From contig CAZUFC010000210.1 of NCBI GenBank assembly GCA_964619725.1, forward strand, positions 1 through 10,133: a stretch of 10,133 bases of DNA, given 5' to 3'. The notes beneath the pieces were generated by a model. It had not been told where the DNA came from. It saw only the letters and a program-made list of their open reading frames with translations, and did no database searches. This document shows positions 8,307-10,133 of the stretch, piece by piece (the first letter of the stretch is position 1; every line of letters begins with the position of its first letter). The DNA comes from an uncultured bacterium. Lineage in GTDB: Bacteria > CSSED10-310 > CAZUFC01. A program made the position numbers and the translations under genes.

Positions 8307-9136
8307 AAGGCTAGTTGAACCGCGAACGGCGTCAGCATTCTGACGAAAAAAGAACCGAGTAAACTGATCGCCAGAATAGCGAATATCGGCGAAACGTCGA
8401 GTCCCCCCAGCGGAGGTATATAACGGCGGAAAGGCCTGAGAATCGGGTCCATTAGTCCCCATAAAAATTGAACCAGAATATTACGGGGGTCCGGGCTTAC
8501 CCAGCTTATCAATGCTCCGAAAATTATAAAAAGCGTGAACGTCCGGTATATGCTTACAGCCTGCACTAAACTGCGCACCGCGAATCCCGATGCATCCCGC
8601 ACCATGTTCTGACCCGATCCGCTCAGCAGCAATGTCGTGAATATCGCTGTAAAAACAAAATGAATCAATACTACGATGATTACACCGACTGCGACATGTC
8701 CTGCAGGCGGCAGCCGATGTCTACGAACAAGATTGTGCACGGGTCGACTGATGCGCTGAACGAACATTATCAGAATATTCATGGAATAAGGAGGAAAAAT
8801 CAACAGGCATATGATGCTGAATACGAATACCTTCAGAACCAGATCAAAAAAATTGATGAACGATACATACATACCGACTCTCAAGGTGTAACGCATGAAC
8901 AACGTAAAAAAAATACCCCGAATCAAAACCACAATAACCATCGCCGCAACAGGCGCTATATCGAAACGCATCCGGACGAAAGAACCCGTGAAACGCCTTA
9001 TGTGCCTCAAACCAGGCTCAAGCATGCGATTGATCCTTATCAGTATGGGATGAGCGGAAAACTCACGCGGCGCAATTACCGCCTTAGCCAACAGCAGAAA
9101 TATCAATATGTCGAATATCCATACAAAAATAAACAT
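8303..9136 (-). CDS. yggT: YggT/YlmG family integral membrane protein, 277 aa, apparently three YGGT-type repeats
   Basis: The C-terminal repeat is canonical (ALISWVSPDPRNILVQFLWGLMDPILRPFRRYIPPLGGLDVSPIFAIL). The N-terminal repeat has LEPGLRHIRRF...FDIAPVAA. The gene lies directly after yggS, a conserved neighbourhood. SD GAGGTG precedes the ATG. Confidence 0.88.
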   Translation of the reverse strand: MFIFVWIFDILIFLLLAKAVIAPREFSAHPILIRINRMLEPGLRHIRRFTGSFVRMRFDIAPVAAMVIVVLIRGIFFTLFMRYTLRVGMYVSFINFFDLVLKVFVFSIICLLIFPPYSMNILIMFVQRISRPVHNLVRRHRLPPAGHVAVGVIIVVLIHFVFTAIFTTLLLSGSGQNMVRDASGFAVRSLVQAVSIYRTFTLFIIFGALISWVSPDPRNILVQFLWGLMDPILRPFRRYIPPLGGLDVSPIFAILAISLLGSFFVRMLTPFAVQLAL

Positions 9137-9139
9137 GTT

Positions 9140-9835
9140 TCACCTCTGATCGCGAGAACCGAATATGGCCGTGCCGACGCGAACTATCGTGGCGCCCTCT
9201 TCTATGGCCTGCTCAAAATCATGCGTCATGCCCATCGACAACTCCTGCATGCTGACTCCAGGCAATTTCCAGGACGCACATTTTTCCGACAGTTCTCTCA
9301 ACCTCTGAAAATATGGCCGCACCTCTTCCGCATCCTCCAGGAAAGGCGGAACAGTCATAAGTCCTTTGACCGCAACATGTTCCATTGCCGATGCCATTTC
9401 AATTAATTCCCGGAATCCGGGCTCCGCCACCCCGGACTTGGATGCTTCGTCGGCCAGGTTCACTTCAATAAGAACAGGCACAGTCATTTCCATACGGCCT
9501 GCACGTTTGTCGATTTCTTTCAGGAGGCGGAGGCTGTCGACCGATTGTATCATCTTAAACAATCGCAAAACATATTTGACCTTGTTGCGCTGCAGATGTC
9601 CGATCATGTGCCATTCCAGGCTTTCGGGCAGTTGCGGAATCTTTTCACGCGCATCCTGCACCCTGTTTTCGCCGAATAAAGTCAAACCGGCTTCTGCAGC
9701 TTCCATAACCGCGTCGACATCCACTGTTTTCGTCACTGCCATTAAACGAACAGCGTCACGTTTGCGGCCGCTCCCGGCACATGCCCTTTCCATCCGCTCC
9801 CAGACCCTTTCGATGTTGTCCCTGATCGAACTCAT
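9140..9835 (-). CDS. yggS: YggS/PLPBP family pyridoxal phosphate homeostasis protein, 231 aa
   Basis: LMAVTKT (PLP lysine), FGENRVQD, WHMIGHLQRNKVK, IQSVDS, VLIEVN..EASKSG, GLMTVPP, LSMGMTHDFEQAIEEGATIVRVGTAIFG. I reassign the start from 9907 to the ATG at 9835 (MSSIRDN), which has an AAGGAG SD 10 nt upstream. Confidence 0.96.
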   Translation of the reverse strand: MSSIRDNIERVWERMERACAGSGRKRDAVRLMAVTKTVDVDAVMEAAEAGLTLFGENRVQDAREKIPQLPESLEWHMIGHLQRNKVKYVLRLFKMIQSVDSLRLLKEIDKRAGRMEMTVPVLIEVNLADEASKSGVAEPGFRELIEMASAMEHVAVKGLMTVPPFLEDAEEVRPYFQRLRELSEKCASWKLPGVSMQELSMGMTHDFEQAIEEGATIVRVGTAIFGSRDQR

Positions 9836-9845
9836 CCCGTGATTA

Positions 9846-9851
9846 CTCCTT
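9846..9851 (-). promoter_or_regulatory. Shine-Dalgarno site of yggS
   Basis: The minus strand reads ...tatgaAAGGAGtaatcacgggATG. Confidence 0.75.
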
Positions 9852-9902
9852 TCATACGCAGAATGGTTACAGAAATGCCCGCTGCGCCGCAAAACCGGAA
9901 AA

Positions 9903-9932
9903 AGCATAACATATTTGATTTTGGATGTTCAA
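9903..9932 (-). promoter_or_regulatory. Candidate sigma70 promoter for the yggS operon
   Basis: On the minus strand: TTGAAC (9932-9927), an 18-nt AT-rich spacer, then TATGCT (9908-9903) with an extended -10 TG. It lies about 70 nt upstream of the yggS ATG. Pattern match only. Confidence 0.5.
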
Positions 9933-9934
9933 GA

Positions 9935-9976
9935 CCTCACCCCCCCGACCCCCTCTCCATGAATGGAGAGGGGGGG
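9935..9976. repeat. BoxC/PIT-like intrastrand triplex-forming motif (mirror repeat plus inverted repeat)
   Basis: CCTCACCCCC (9935-9944) is a near mirror of CCCCCTCTCC (9949-9958). The arm CCCCCTCTCCAT (9949-9960) is a perfect inverted repeat of ATGGAGAGGGGG (9963-9974). Confidence 0.75.
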
Positions 9977-10133
9977 AAGAGTGGGTTATTGTTTAGGTTT
10001 TGGTTTCTTGGGTTTTTTCCGGCTTAAGAGTTTTCGCCTATAAAGGAGTTGGTCTTTGCCGGGAATTTCTTTCAGTCAGTTGGGCGGAATTGCAGTCAAA
10101 CCCTTACAGCAAGCACACAGTTTTAATATTAAT

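Noticed and set aside
8307-8462. 52-aa N-terminal extension of GT9 in the ORF track
   Set aside because: It overlaps the conserved yggT C-terminal repeat. The ATGA-coupled start at 8306 is more plausible.
8660-9406. 248-aa plus-strand ORF
   Set aside because: It lies entirely antisense to yggT and yggS. Its N/Q/Y/H/K-rich composition is what the reverse complement of hydrophobic codons produces, and it has no recognisable motif.
9836-9907. 24-aa N-terminal extension of YggS in the ORF track
   Set aside because: A strong SD precedes the ATG at 9835, the resulting 231 aa is typical of the family, and the extension would begin inside the putative -10 box.
9949-9974. Hairpin read as a Rho-independent terminator
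   Set aside because: Neither strand has a U-tract immediately after the stem, and the extra mirror arm is better explained by the triplex-type repeat.
9839-10027. 62-aa plus-strand ORF
   Set aside because: It runs through the promoter and triplex repeat (RPHPPDPLS...GEGG is simply the translated repeat), with no SD or recognisable motif.
9977-10133. Possible 3' end of an upstream gene, ncRNA or CRISPR leader
   Set aside because: All three minus-strand frames are interrupted by stops, and I see no tRNA-like fold, riboswitch motif or repeat-spacer pattern. The window edge limits interpretation.

Overview
The window holds one intact, tightly packed minus-strand gene run. In transcription order it is yggS (PLP-homeostasis protein), a long yggT-family membrane protein with apparently three YGGT-type repeats, a GT9 heptosyltransferase-like glycosyltransferase, a 772-aa in-frame fusion of a GT2 glycosyltransferase to a WcaJ/WbaP-type polyprenyl-phosphate phosphoglycosyltransferase (PGT), a second GT2, alanine racemase (alr), and an 810-aa membrane-anchored sulfatase-like protein with CBM-like N-terminal domains and Thr at the nucleophile position. 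A candidate sigma70 promoter precedes yggS, and a BoxC/PIT-like intrastrand-triplex motif lies 2 nt upstream of its -35 box. I see no rRNA, tRNA, CRISPR array or transposase. The main points of interest are the GT2-PGT fusion with several non-canonical PGT motif residues, the triple-repeat YggT, the Thr-type sulfatase-like enzyme, and the apparent co-transcription of envelope glycan enzymes with PLP and D-alanine genes. All protein calls come from motif recognition by eye; no database search was run.
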